Part shown: positions 14,301 to 27,952 of the stretch, in pieces
Layout of the letters: each line of letters starts with the position of its first letter
Numbering within the stretch: the stretch's first letter is position 1
Assembly (NCBI RefSeq): GCF_009914755.1
Contig: NC_060929.1
DNA: 64,000 nucleotides
Strand: one strand, 5' to 3'
Origin: the human T2T-CHM13v2.0 reference genome, Homo sapiens
Translations under genes and position numbers: made by a program
The notes under the pieces: model-generated
The model's database searches: none
Told to the model about the DNA's origin: nothing
The model's input: the letters and a program-made list of their open reading frames with translations, nothing else

Positions 14301-16414
14301 ATTCCTACCATGAGTGCTATAGGAGGTTGTGGGATGGAAAACCACTGGAAGCTTCTTAGGAAACTGAGATTTAAAATTTGAAAATAAGATCTGGGTGGCT
14401 GTGAAAAAGGGACAAGACATTCCCAGTGGGTATGAAAAGCTACCAACTCCAAGAAGGCCCAACCCAGTGGGTACCAATTACTTGCCCCCTAATGCACACA
14501 TCTTGAGTTTAAACTTTGTCTCACAAGCTTAACTTGTATGCAGGCTCTTTAGCAGTGGCTTAAAAAAACAAAGGTGGGGCAGTGTTTCTGGTTTTTCTAT
14601 TTTTCTCCATCCTATTTTATTTTAAGCTCCTCATAAAGAGACTCATATCTGATCTCTAGTTCAAGTTGTCCGGGTGTGCCCTGCCTCGTAGACAGACTGT
14701 GAAAGAATTAGCAGATTATAAGAATTTAAGCCCTTGTGGATATATCTGTGACAATGAGGCCAGGTGCTGGTGTGAACTGAAAAAGAAAGAGATGAGAGAG
14801 ACCTGTCACTGGGCTTTGTCCACAAAAAGTGTGCGAAAAAATACGAAATCATTAAGTATTGATTTATACTGGTTATACTGCAGTATGAATGCAACCATAA
14901 AATCCAGGGGAACAGTGAAACAAAGCCAAAATATGAGTGAGGATAAGCATGGTAATTCAGAGGAAGTAGGCTGCTTGGGTCCCCGGTGGTGGGGAAATGA
15001 GTGGATGGGAGAAGCACTGGGTTGAGGAGGGTGCTGGGTGAGGCTGGGGCTTCTCTGGCTGCAAATGACGTGAGCACTGTCATGTCAGGAGACCTGAGAC
15101 AGCAGCAAACTGTGAGAGGGGCTGGGCTCAGCTTGCTGTTTAGTTTCACATCCGCTGACTTTAAGTGTTAATATCTGCATTTAGGCAGTAACTGTGAAGT
15201 AAGGGAATTCTTGATCAAGCTTTCCTATTTATGTTGTCCTTATCCCAACTCTCTCCCGTGACAATACAAATGCCAGCTAAGCCAGATTAATAAAGATGGG
15301 AACACTGGACTCTTCCTGGAGAATTCTGGGTTTTCCTGCATGTTTTTCTAAGATCCATTAAGAAGAGTTATCCAAATCTTGAAAATAAAGAAAAAAGATG
15401 AATGCATACCTTTTAATCTGCTTGCCCAAAAGTCATCTGATATTCTAGGGGGAGGTAACATTGTGTGTCTTACTAATTAGGACCCAGACTCTGTAAAGTT
15501 TGATGTTATCCCATAGAAAATGTTACATTGCTAAAGACATCTGTCCAGAAAAAAAAAGGGTAACCCCGATGGTTATGGCTTTATTGCCCTGTAGGACATT
15601 AACCAGTTTGGTGTCTAACTTTGCACTCTTATTTCAGAATTACTTCCAATGACTATCCACGTGATGGTTGTCATACTCTTCTTTATTCCAGCTTTGTCAT
15701 TCTGCTTCTTCTCTCGTTGAGTTAAATAAATCTTTGACATCTGCTCACTATATGTTTTATGAGAGTTAAGTTTTTAACTTAAAAATAATTATACTTTGAC
15801 AAATCTTAGAAGTCGACTTGGTGTAATAGGTTTAATTTGCTGATTAACAAAGATGGCTTATGATGTATCTTTGTTAATATTAAGAACCTGAAAATCTTGC
15901 AATTAGCATTCATAATTTTATACAGTGTATTTTATACACTTCTCTGCATAAGAACACTGATAAGAAATAACTAAGAGGAACCGGCATTTTGTAAACCATT
16001 GAGTGAGTTTTGAATAAGGTTAGCGACAGAACCAAATAATTTTTTAATTTGCAAGAAATGTTCTGCTACTCTGCAGAACTGTTCTTCCCTGCACCCATCT
16101 AATTGTGAAATTCTTGCAAGGCTTCAAGTCAGGAAGCATTTCAAATAGAAAGAGGAACTTTAAAAAATGTGCCCCTGGGGAAAGATTTTCCCCCTTCTCC
16201 TCCCCGAAAAGGACTCATAATTCATTTCAGCTGCTTTGTATTTTCATGGCATCATTTTTTTAAATAGCAATAGAAAATTGAGACTTTATGGGAGAGGCAT
16301 CAAATATAGGGCTAAATGTTATTTTGTCTTGGTAAGGCCTAGCACAGGATTTTATTAGCTGCTGATATTTTGTGGGAATCCTGAAATATCTAAATCAATT
16401 GTCTTCTTTAAACA

Positions 16415-16718
16415 TTTTTTTTTTTTTTCTGAGACAGGGTCTTGCTCTGTCTTCCAAGCTGGAGTGCAGTGGTGTGATCATGGCTTACTGCAGCTTTGAC
16501 CTCCTAGGCTCAGATGATCCTCTGGCCTCAGTCTCCTGAGTAGCTGGGACCAGAGGCATGCACCATTACACTCAGTTACATTTTAAAATATTTTTTGTAG
16601 AAACATGTTTTTGCTATGTTGCCCAGGCTGATTTTGAACTCCTGAGCTAAAGCAATCCTACCACCTAGGATTTTCAAAGTGCTGGGATTACAGGCATGAG
16701 CCACTATGCCACCGCGCC
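16415..16718 (-). mobile_element. AluJ, near full length
   Basis: Poly-T then GAGACAGGGTCTTGCTCTG...GATCATGGCTTACTGCAGCTTTGACCTCCTAGGCTCAGATGATCC (J diagnostics). Confidence 0.92.
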
Positions 16719-16739
16719 AGTACATGGATCTCTGTACTT

Positions 16740-16953
16740 GCCTGGGCAAGGGGGTGAGAATCTGTCTCTACAAAAAAATTTTTTAAAAATTAGCTGGATG
16801 CAGTAGCACACACCTGTAGTTCCAACTACTCAGGAGGCTGAGGAAGGAGGATCCCTACAGCCCAGGAGCTCGAGGCTACAGTGAGCTATGATTATGCCAC
16901 TGCACTCTAGCCTGAGCCACAGAGCAAGACCCTGTTTCTAAAAAAAAAAAAAA
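16740..16953 (+). mobile_element. AluJ, 5'-truncated (lacks about the first 80 nt)
   Basis: Starts GCCTGGGCAA..., then A-rich linker and right arm 'GGAGGATCCCTACAGCCCAGGAGCTCGAGGCTACAGTGAGCTATGAT', then A-tail. Confidence 0.9.
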
Positions 16954-17912
16954 GATATTGGGGTCAACCATCACTCCTAGTCTCTCCATGCATGAGAAAC
17001 TTCACCTCTAATATAACTCCTTATAGTAGGTTCTCCGACACAAAGTAGTTCTTCAGTAAAGAAAGCCAGTTGCCTTTGCCCCGTGGCTGTCTCACTATGG
17101 ACCTTTGCCGCCTGTGCTATCCGAAATCCTCTGATGCTCTTTAGTCACTCTGGTTTAGCCTCCTGCTATTAAGGCTGACTGTCCCCAAACCCACAGTAAT
17201 GAAATATTGGTCATTAATATATTGTTAAGTCGTGGCAGCCCCTGCATCAATATTAAATAATTATGGTGTGCTTGAGTGCTTACCATGTCCTAGGTCGCTG
17301 ACAGGGTATGATCGACCAATAAGACTGAGACAGGAACTACAGCCATCACCCCATTTCCCATGACAAACAGCAGGGCTCTGAGACTGATGAAACTTGCCCC
17401 CAGGAGAAAAGAGGAAGCAGCAATTGGGCCACGCCTCTCTACAGAGTTCTTCCAGTTGTTGACTCTAAACTTCTCACCCCCAAGAAAGTTTCACAGAGAA
17501 GTAGATTGCACAGTCTTAACACCAGCCTGAGCCTTGGGTCCAGCTTCTTATCTGCAGTCCAGTCTACTTCTCAGGAATGTCTTTCTAGGCCATTGTTTAC
17601 ATTATTTCAAAACCAAGGAGCTATGAAATTTCTGAGAGTCCTAAGCCTGGAACCTAAAGATTGCAATTCAAGGCCAGAATTTGCCTTGTTGTCACTGTCA
17701 ACTCACTCTTCTCTTTATTATCTGCTAGCTTTGAGGGCTTTTGAATTCTTAAGACACATCTTAACTCTTTTCTTGGAGCTTTTAACATTTTCAGATTTTT
17801 AAAAATAGTTTTGTTCTTTCTTTGTCCTTAGATATCTAGTAATGCTTTCTCAGACTCGGTCAAGTTAACTCTTCTGGGATTTCATTGTTTTAACTGGCAC
17901 ACTGTGGGAGGT

Positions 17913-17914
<2 letters not shown>

Positions 17915-17944
<30 letters not shown>
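17915..17944. repeat. (GT)n microsatellite
   Basis: About 15 perfect GT units. Confidence 0.95.
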
Positions 17945-17948
<4 letters not shown>

Positions 17949-18081
17949 ATAAAACAGACATCAAAGGTTTCAGGAATTATTGGTCCTGTCAAAATTCTGA
18001 GTAGCTCAGCTCATATTTACTCATGCACCTTACTCTTCCAGCTCGTCTGCACTTCTTCCTTCTGGTTCTTATGTTGGCAGG

Positions 18082-18529
18082 TGTATTAGTAAGGGTTCCC
18101 TGGAGGGACATAACTAATAGGATATTATATATATAAAGGGGAGTTTATTAAGTATTAACTAACATGATCATAAGGTCCCATAATAGGCTATTTGCAAGCT
18201 TGAGGAGCAAGGAGGGCCAGTCCCAGTCTCAAAACTGAAGAACTTGGAGTCCAGTGTTTGATGGCAGGAAGCATCCAGCACGGGAGAAAGATGTAGGCTG
18301 GGAGGCTAGGCCAGTCTTGCCTTTTCACGTTTTTCTGTCTGCTTAGCCAGACAGAAAATTAGCCAGCAGCTGATTAGATTGTGACCACCAGATTAAGGGT
18401 GGGTCTGCCTTCCCCAGTCCACTGACTCAAATGTTAATCTCCTTTGGCAACACCCTCGTAGACACACCCAGGATCAATACTTTGCATTCTTCAATCCAAT
18501 CAAGTTGACATTCAGTATTAACCATCACA
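18082..18529 (-). mobile_element. MLT2A1 solo LTR (HERV-L)
   Basis: TG...CA termini; reverse complement starts TGTGATGGTTAATACTGAATGTCAACTTGATTGGATTGAAG; 5-bp TSD GCAGG at 18077-18081 and 18530-18534. Confidence 0.93.
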
Positions 18530-20927
18530 GCAGGGCAAGAGAACACACAACATGATATTATCACAATATTTTTACCACAGCAAACTTAAGGTACCCCATC
18601 CACACAGATGCCTGTCAAAATAAAACAGAAAAGGGAATAGGAAGCAGGGGATGAGGAGTTAATTTCTTTTAGACTTGCTGCTTGAACTTATTCAGACTCC
18701 TCTTAGATCTGGAGCTGACATTTTTGTGACATTCTTTTCTCATAGACCATTTTTTCTACTGAGAGCTGACTTGGAGTCAAGAAAGGAAGAACAAACTAGT
18801 ACTTAAATGAAATAGGATACATTTGAATAGGTCTTTTAATTTTTCCAAGTATTTAATCTCTGTTAGCTATATTCTTGTGGCGTCCATATGAAGAGATAAG
18901 TAGCAAATTTTAAAGAATTTCTACTGAAGTTAGAAAACTGAGTTCATCTAATCTTTTTATGCATCTCTATAATTTAGGAGATTGATGCTCAGAAATGATT
19001 ATAATTGTTCTAGTGGAGGTGCCAGCAACTGTGCCCATAGAAGGATCTATCTGTAACTAAATTCCTTGGTATGGCCACGAATGGTAAATCTCACCTTTCT
19101 TGAGGCCCCTCTTAGCATCAGTTTCCCTGAGCTTCCCTGCCTTTCTCACCTTTCTTCCTTTGTCAAAATAAGATGATATTTTTCTAGATCCATTTATTCA
19201 TCCAACTAAATATCTCCTCTGAGATGCCTATGTAACCTGTACAACAAAAAGAGCATATTGAATGAGCCCGATGAATGAGGCATCTGAAATCCTACAATTA
19301 AAAAAAAAAAAGGAAGAAAAAATTAGAAGTATCTTTCCTAAAAGAAAGTCAGACATAAAAGTTGTGGTTTTTTGTTTTGTTTTTTGTTGTTGTTGTTGTT
19401 GTTTGTTTGTTTAACCTGTCCTGAAATGTTGGCAAGGTCCTATATCATAAAGTCTCTGCTTGATACATAAAATGTTTGGAGCAATCGGAATTGGTTTCGA
19501 TTTTTCTCAGGGGATTATGACCCCAAGAAAGTAGGAAAACCTCTGCTGTGTATATTTACTCTCGATGAAACTCCATTTCCATATCCTGTCTTCCTATGCC
19601 CTATTCCATCTCAGTTTATTATTCAAATTCTGCCTGCTTTCATTCATTCAACAAAAATTGTTGAGTGGATATTACATGCTAGAAAGTGTTTGATATGTTC
19701 CCAACCATCTGAGCTGGCCATTCTTCCACTGGGTAAGAGGAACTCAGGAGTCTGAAACCCCTTGGAGGTAAAATTAAGGAAAAAAGATCAGAAAATACGT
19801 TTTTGAATAATAAAGTTGTTTTTTTTTTTACAAATGTTTTGTGGTTGTTTCAAAATGTCTTCATATTTACTTAGCATTTTCATAGATTACAAAGGAACTT
19901 CATAAATACTCTAACTACAACGTCCACTCCTAGGGTGTGGATAGTTTCAGTAGCCTTCCTCACTATGAGCTTGAGTGTAGAGACTGTGTTTTATTATGTT
20001 TATGTCTCTAGAATTTGGCCCGGGGTCAAGTAGGGATTAGGCTCTCACTAAGTAATTTTTAAATGAACGTCTTCATATTACATGTATATAAGTTATTTCC
20101 TATGCTGGTTTGTAATTGGAGGCTCTTTGCACTATCTCCTTTCCAGGTGCACAGCATTGTTCTCATCAGACAATGCATTTGGCTGAATTTTACCCAGGAA
20201 AAATGTTAGGTTGAACTTAGAGGACAATCTGGGACAGTACCAGACATCCTAGTCATGTCATCAGTCCTTGAAGCCATAGTTGAAAACTTTATAAAATGAG
20301 AAGTTTGGTAAAGACACAAAGTTGTTAGGTGGAGAAAACTGGAGAACTGAAATAATTTCATATTAGGGATGGTAGTTTCATGATGACAATGATTAAGTTT
20401 CAGAGATATTAAGGCAACAGTAAGATTGCAAACAAAAGCAGTAAGATGGCATCTGAAGCAAGAAGTTCACCAAGATGACTTGTTTAATTTTCCCCTTTCA
20501 TAGGGTACTTGGGAGTTTATTTCTTCTATATTATGTCTTCAAACTTCTGGTTAAAAACACTAAACTATCTGATGAGCAGAATATAAGAAATGATAGGAAT
20601 AATGATCTGGCATTTGGTTTCTAGAAGAAAACGAGACAATAAGCTTAAATGGTGCCTGTATTAGAAACAAGGGCAATAAGAATTTCGAGAGTGTTAAGGT
20701 CTTAATTCTGACCTTGTGATAAGACTATTTCTTGCTATTTATTTCTCCCCATCAGAAATCTATAATTTTCTATTTTTCAATTGTCATATCTATGAAAACA
20801 TCCTTAGCAGGTAACCTAAGACTTAGAGGTTGAAAATGTGAGATTAATATTGGCAGAAAATGTTAGAAGACAACTTTGGCTACCCGGAACCCAGACTTTT
20901 TTTTCTGTGAGATCTTGGAAAAGTCAC

Positions 20928-21318
20928 TGATATGGTTTAGCTCTGTGTCCCCACCCAAATCTCATGTTGAATTGTGATTCTTGGCATTGGAGGTGGGGCC
21001 TGGTGAGAGGTGATTGGATCATGGGGGCGGTGTCCAATGGTTTAGCACCATTGCCCTAGTGCTGAGATACAGCTCTCATGAGATCTGGTTGTTTGAAAGT
21101 GTGTAGCACCTCCCCTGTCATTCTGTCTCCTGTTGGCCATGTGAAGATGTACTTGTTTCCTCTTTGCCTTCACCATGATTGTAAGTTTCCTGAGGCCTCT
21201 CAAGAAGCAGAAGCCTGTACAGCCTGTGGAGTCATGAGCCGATTAAACCTTTTTTTTTTTTAATAAATTGCCCAGTCTCAGGTAGTTCTTTATAGCAGTG
21301 TGAGAATAGACTTACACA
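20928..21318 (+). mobile_element. MSTA solo LTR (ERVL-MaLR) inserted into a MIR
   Basis: TGATATGGTTTAGCTCTGTGTCCCCACCCAAATCTCATG...AATAAATTGCCCAGTCTCAGGTAGTTCTTTATAGCAGTGTGAGAATAGACTTACACA; perfect TSD GTCAC at 20923-20927 and 21319-21323; flanks rejoin to MIR 'TTGGAAAAGTCAC/CTAGCCTCGCTGAACCTCAGTTTT'. Confidence 0.93.
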
Positions 21319-21894
21319 GTCACCTAGCCTCGCTGAACCTCAGTTTTCTAACTTCATTAGAAATCCTTTTAGATTGGCCCGCTTATCTCTTTATACAGAT
21401 GCTGTAGGAATAGAATTAGCAGGATAAAATACCTAGAAAAATTAAGAGACTTATTCAAATGTATGCTATTTTATTTAAGTACTAGTTTATTTTTCCTTTC
21501 TTGACCCCAACTCAGCTCTGAGTAGAAAAAGTGACCAGGAATGTCAAAAAATTCAGCTCCAGATCTAAGAGGAGTCTAAGTAAGTTCAAGCAGCAGGTCT
21601 AAAAGAAATAAACCACTCACCCCCTGCTTCCTATTCTCTTTTCTGTTTGATTTTCATAAGCATCTTTGTGGATGGGTTAACCTTAAGTGTGTGCTGTGGT
21701 AAAAATGTTGTGATAATATCATGTTCTGTGTTCTCTTGTCCTGCCAACATGAGAATCAGAAGGAGGAAGTGCAGATGAGCTGGAAGAGTGAGCTGCATCA
21801 GTAAATATGAGCTGAGCTATTCAGAATTTTGACAGGCCCCAATAATTTCTGAAACTGTGCACGCACATGCACACACACACACACCCCTACGATG

Positions 21895-22355
21895 ACCTTC
21901 TACCTATGTGCCAGACACTTTTCTAAGAATTGATGTTACACAATGATGAAAAATACATATTCCCTGCTTTCAAGAAGCTTGCATTCTAATGAGTGAAGAA
22001 TAAAATAGTGAATTCATAACATAAATTAAATTCAAATAATTATATGTGCTATGAAAAAAATCCAAAATAATTAAATAGAGAGTAAAAGGGAGGTGAGAAT
22101 GGGGCTGGAGTTGACAAGTAGAGAGGTAAGAGTCAGACAAGAGAAGGTGACATTTGAACTGAAATCTGAGTATCCAGAGGCACCAGCCAGGGAAATATCT
22201 AAAAGAAGAGCTGAAAGATGAGTTGGAATGAATTCACTGAGGAAAGTATGCAGGAAAATGAGGTTGCAGAGGTAAACCACAGCCAAATCAAAAGCAACTT
22301 TTAGTCTATGATCTTGGAATTTATTCTAAGTAGCATAGGAAACTCTTAGGAGAGT
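21895..22355 (-). mobile_element. L2 (L2a-like) 3' fragment
   Basis: 'CTATGTGCCAGACACTTTTCTAAG...CCCTGCTTTCAAGAAGCTTGCATTCTA...AGAAGGTGACATTTGAACTGAAATCTGA' is antisense L2. Confidence 0.8.
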
Positions 22356-22359
22356 CTGA

Positions 22360-22745
22360 TCTTTGATTTGTGGATTAATGTCTTTCATTAACCTTGGATT
22401 AAATCTTAGCCATTATCTCTATAAATGTTTCTTCTGCCTTATTCCTTCCTGTTCTTTAACACCAGTTTCCTGTATATCAGACCATCTAACAGTGTCTCAC
22501 ATCTAAAACATTCTATTGTTTTTCTTCATTCATTTTCTCTTTATGGTTTAGTTTAAATAATTTCTATTGAACTGCCTTCAAATTTACTGATCTTTTCTTC
22601 AGGATCAGTAAAGGTTGTGTTCAGTATTGTAGTTAAACACATTGAATGAATTTTCCATTTCTAATATTGTAGTTTTCAGCTCTATAATTTCCCCTCAATC
22701 CTTTTAGAGAGCTTCCATTTTTATGCTAAAGTTCCCTGTCTGGCA
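22360..22745 (-). mobile_element. Old L1M/HAL1-type ORF1-region fragment
   Basis: T-rich 'TCTTAGCCATTATCTCTATAAATGTTTCTTCTGCC...TTTCTATTGAACTGCCTTCAAATTTACTGATCTTTTCTTC...TTTTCAGCTCTATAATTTCC'. Confidence 0.6.
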
Positions 22746-24727
22746 CAAACTAATTTCCTAAAATATTTTTGTTGAATGAATAAATTGGTTTTGCTGCTCT
22801 GTCAGGAAAAAGGATTTTTTAAAATACAGAAAAATGTTCACATCTGTACTGAAAAATTTAGTGTCATAAATTAGTGATCTTCCACTAAGACTCAATAACT
22901 CATGGTACAACCAGGTGATAGCCATTTCATTTGAATGTTTTGCAAATTTAACCTTATTTTGGAGACAGCTAATGTAATAAGGCACTCTCATATTACTAGT
23001 ATTCTTATACTTGGTCAGTTCCTTCTGGAAGCTCATAGTAGGACTAGACCCACAGGCATATAAACATCAAGGCACTTTGCTCAATAGTGCAGAACTATAG
23101 CAACCATAATAAATGTCTCCTTTTGTGAATGATTTAAATAAAGCCAGAATGCCTTTGGGTTAGTTTTTATCCCTGGAAAAAGACAAATCATTCCACTGGC
23201 AACATATAGAATATGTTCCTTGGAATAAATGACATATGACTTAAATTTCTTCTCTCTAGAGGATAGTTTTGGCAAGCTTCTCTATGTGCAAATGTGAAAG
23301 ATACAGTTTTCACCTGGAGTAGAAAGTCCCGGAAGTCTGTCCTGCAGAGCAATCACTAGAGTGCTAGGAATCCCAGAATTTAACAAGTAAAATTCAAAAG
23401 AAAAGTAAAAGTGAAAAGGAGAAGTCTCAAGTAATCCATTAAATGTTTCTGGAGCAGACAAAACAAAATAACAAGGCAAGGCTGTGGAGTTGCATAACAA
23501 GAAAAACATAAATGCATATTTTCCAGAAAGCACTGGCCTCTCACATAAGTTTAAAGAGACTGATGCCTCTGGCGAGGGGATTATACTAGAGTTGCAATCA
23601 CCTTTATGTTTTATTAGTGCTTATTATTACCATGGTGAACACAATGCTATCTGCTTCCCTGAGTGTGTTTGAAGTATAGGAAAAATCCAAAGATTTTTAT
23701 AAAGTGAGGGATGGTGATACAGTACAACTCCTACGTGCACATACATATGGACGTACACAGAGAGAGACTCAAAAGAGTTGCATTTTAATTTCTCAGCAGA
23801 AGGAAACTTAGATTCTTTCATATCCATCTGTAGTTTCTAGACATTATATGGAGAGACAGAAATCTGAATTTGGCCAGTGGCGAGGGCTGCCCAGGGTTTA
23901 ATTAGATCAGCACGCAGACTGGGATATGCTGACCTTTTTTGTCCATGCTAAGCCTATAGGCTGTATTTCTGAATGCCTCCCTCTCTGCAAACTGTAACAG
24001 GAGCTTTCATTTTAAAGTGCTTTCCAAACTTTATTCCTTATTGCCCTTGAGGAGAGGCCCTTATTAGTCTCTCTATTTTGCTGACTGGAATGAACTGACC
24101 TGCTTAAGGTCCAGTGGGAATTAGTGCCCAAACTGGAATTACCACTTTGGTACCTTTGGACCAAGTCCCAGGAACTGGCTGTTAAGGACAGGGCTATTGT
24201 GGTTCTTTCTCCTCCTGCTCTGTCTCTGCAGAGTTAACCCACTCCAAGGAATCGTTTTTGTCCGTCTGTGAGCTTTGGTTTTGATTTCTGCTAACTGGAT
24301 ATAACCATATTTATGGTATTTTCTGATCTTGTCAAGTGTATTTGTGCTATTTATGATGTTGACAAAGGTTCACTTTTGATTAACGTTAAGGAACTACTCT
24401 GTGCCAGGATCTATATACGTCCTCAGACTTACAAAAGTTAGACAGCTGGACACATTCTGCTCCTATGTGTATATCCTTGGAAAATTTTCACATGGGCCTG
24501 TGAGGGGTACGAATAAGGACACAAGGTTGTTTTTTTTTTTTTTTTTTTTTTTTTAATGACAGTGAAAGTTGAATGCAACTTTTTTTTATCAGAGAATTTT
24601 CAGGTTATTCATTTATTCAAAAAATATTTATTGAGTGCCTGTGACTTGCCAGGTCTCAGCAAAACCATCAATTATCCTGCAGCATTCATGGTTGGAGCTG
24701 CGCTCAAGTCTTCTAGGGCCTTACTAT

Positions 24728-25135
24728 TGTAATACTGGCTGCCCACCCAGAACTACCAGCATTTGAACCTCTTTGTCTGGGAGGCTTCCTCTGGTTGCTG
24801 GAACCTGTCTGCCCCAGGGCAAGCTGGAAGTGTTGAAGAACTGATGCCTGCCCATGCCAGCACCTTGCAGCAATGACTGCTCCAGCTCCCTCCAGCTCCC
24901 TGGCTCCTCAGGTGGAAAGACCAGCAATGCTCTACACTGGCTCCCAGAGCTCCCCAGTGGGGTAAGCTCCTCTTGCCAACAATTGGAATTTGCTAAGTAG
25001 TAATCCCTGTATACTGGCTGCCTTGCCTTCACCAGCTCACTTCTCCATGCCCTTATAAACATTTCCTGGGATCACCTCCCCAAACTACCCGTACTTGAAT
25101 CCTGTCTCAGGGACTGCTTCGGAGGGACACCCTCT
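24728..25135 (+). mobile_element. LTR16-family (ERVL) solo LTR
   Basis: 3' end 'TTTCCTGGGATCACCTCCCCAAACTACCCGTACTTGAATCCTGTCTCAGGGACTGCTTCGGAGGGAC' and 'CCAGAGCTCCCCAGTGGG' match recalled LTR16. Confidence 0.75.
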
Positions 25136-25316
25136 TAGGGTGTCATTGTTTATGTATCTAATATCACTAGTTTAAAAAGAAGTTTTAGAAGAACCCTAAA
25201 AATGTTTGAAAAAGAGGGGGTCTATGATCTCAAGAAGCTCCCAGGCTAGCCATCCTTTTTCCCAGAATGAGGGGAGAAAAGTGAGTGTTTTAATACTTAT
25301 TGCAAAGGAATCTGTA

Positions 25317-25723
<407 letters not shown>

Positions 25724-25819
25724 AATACATGGCAGTTTTCTTGCTTTTCTTGCTTTGTGTTTTTGTTTTTGCTTCCATTTAAGTACCAAATTCTTGCCAA
25801 CTGACAGAATGAATCACAT

Positions 25820-26095
25820 ATTCCAAAGTGGCTGGCTACCATAGCCAACATTGCAGCTGGCAGGATGCAGGAAGAGGGAGAAAGTTTATGCTTCTACCAT
25901 TAACGATGTTTCAGAGGAGAAACACCTTGTTTCTCCTCAAACCCATTGAGCAGAACTTAGTGGCCACTCCTAGCTGCAAGGGAGTCTTAAACAATGTCAT
26001 CTTTATTCCAGATAGCCATGTCTAGTTATAATAAAGGCTACTTTCACTATAGAAGAAGGAGTAAACAATATTGGAAGATATCTAGCACTCATGCC
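25820..26095 (-). mobile_element. MLT1J/K-like MaLR LTR fragment
   Basis: 'CCCATTGAGCAGAACTTAGTGGCCACTCCTAGCTGCAAGGGAGTCT...AATGTCATCTTTATTCCAGATAGCCATGT' is antisense old MLT1. Confidence 0.65.
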
Positions 26096-26315
26096 TCCCT
26101 AATTAAAATTTTTTTTACTAATAAGAAAGCAAACAACCAGAGAGGAAAAAGGGGTCTCCAATGAACCTAACATCAAATGTTTATTTTTCTGCAGTTCTTA
26201 GAATTAGAAGGAACATTTAAGATCCTTTGATGGTTTTATTTTATTTTACTTTACTTTATTTTCTATATTTGTGTTGGACCTCAGTTACAGAGGGCTAATT
26301 GAATCATCAGTTTAA

Positions 26316-26672
<357 letters not shown>

Positions 26673-26699
26673 ACTTGTTTCATTTTGAAATGTATTCCA

Positions 26700-27840
26700 G
26701 GTCATCCTGAATAACTACCCCCATCCCTAGCCCCATCCTCATGTTAGGCTACACCCTGAATGTTTGATATCTATCTTTGAAATTGTGCTTTTCCTTACAA
26801 ATTATCTGCTATTTTTGCATGTATGTATTTTTACTTTACATACACCATATTGTGCTAAGAAAAACTTTGTTCTTTCTCTTATTTTTTTTACCCATCATTA
26901 TGTTTTTAATATTAGTTTGTATCAAATTCTATATTTCACGTTATTTTGCTACACAATTTCTCTGGCTGTGGACTCCTAATTTGCCTCCAATTCCCCACTG
27001 CCAAGAAAGCGACACAATGATATGCATGCATACTCGTACTTTTCTGGACCTTTGTGATAATGTTTCAAGGGTTATTTTACTGTACAAAGTAAGATTTATG
27101 CACAGTAGTTGACTAGGCACTGCCACCTTGTTCCCCAGAATGTCCACACTGCATTCCCACCAGTGGCACACAAGACTTCGTTTCCTCATACACTGCCTGC
27201 CTTCCAAAAAATTTGACATTATTACATTTCTAATTTTATGAATTTGATGAGAATAAAGCATATGTCATTGCTGCTTTAATATGTATTTCTCCACTTACTA
27301 TTTATTTGTCATATCTTCATATATATGTTAGCAATTGGGTTTTCTCTTCTGTGACTTGTCTTTTTATATCTTGACCATTATTGTCTTGCATTTTTGTCTT
27401 TTTCTTATTGATTTGCAGAAATCCTTTCATACTCCCTGTATAAACCCTTTGTCAATTAAGTCATAAAAATATTTTGTTCATGAGGGTAATTCTTTTCCTA
27501 ATCTGTCATCTATCTCTGTCCATCATTGTTGCGGGTTTTGGGTCTTTTTACAATGCTCTACCCCATTCTCAATTATATTCGTCTACATTTTTTTTTACTA
27601 GCTGTATAGTTTTACCTTCACATTTAGGTCTTTGGTCCACTTAGAGTTTTCCTTTGCATTGGTATAAAGTATGAATTTTGTTTTGCTTTTTTAAATATAG
27701 TGACTCCGATTTCCTAACACCACTACTAAACAGTCTGTCCTTTCCCTATTGATTTGTATTAGCATTGTTTTCATATATCAAGTTCCCCCATACACTCTAT
27801 GTACTTTCTCTCTCACTCCCTCTGAGATCTTCGTTCCACT
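26700..27840 (-). mobile_element. L1ME-type ORF2/3' fragment (degenerate)
   Basis: 'TGCATTCCCACCAGTGGCACACAAGA...CATTGCTGCTTTAATATGTATTTCTC...TTTTACCTTCACATTTAGGTCTTTGGTCCACTTAGAGTT' are antisense L1 motifs. Confidence 0.75.
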
Positions 27841-27901
27841 CCTTTGGTTATTTGTCTTGAACTCTTAAGTAGTCCCAAGTTTTAAAGTGTATAGAGAGTG
27901 T

Positions 27902-27909
<8 letters not shown>

Positions 27910-27950
<41 letters not shown>
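27910..27950. repeat. (AC)n microsatellite
   Basis: About 20 AC units. Confidence 0.95.

Positions 27951-27952
<2 letters not shown>

Noticed and set aside
14661-15149. 162-aa minus-strand ORF
   Set aside because: Non-ATG start, no recognisable domain or exon structure; length compatible with chance.
16177-16193. GGGGAAA-GAT-TTTCCCC inverted repeat resembling an NF-kB site
   Set aside because: Spacing does not fit the 10-11 bp kB consensus and short inverted repeats are common.
24528-24554. Long poly-T run as a possible retrocopy tail
   Set aside because: No adjacent element body or TSD identifiable; treated as a mononucleotide expansion.
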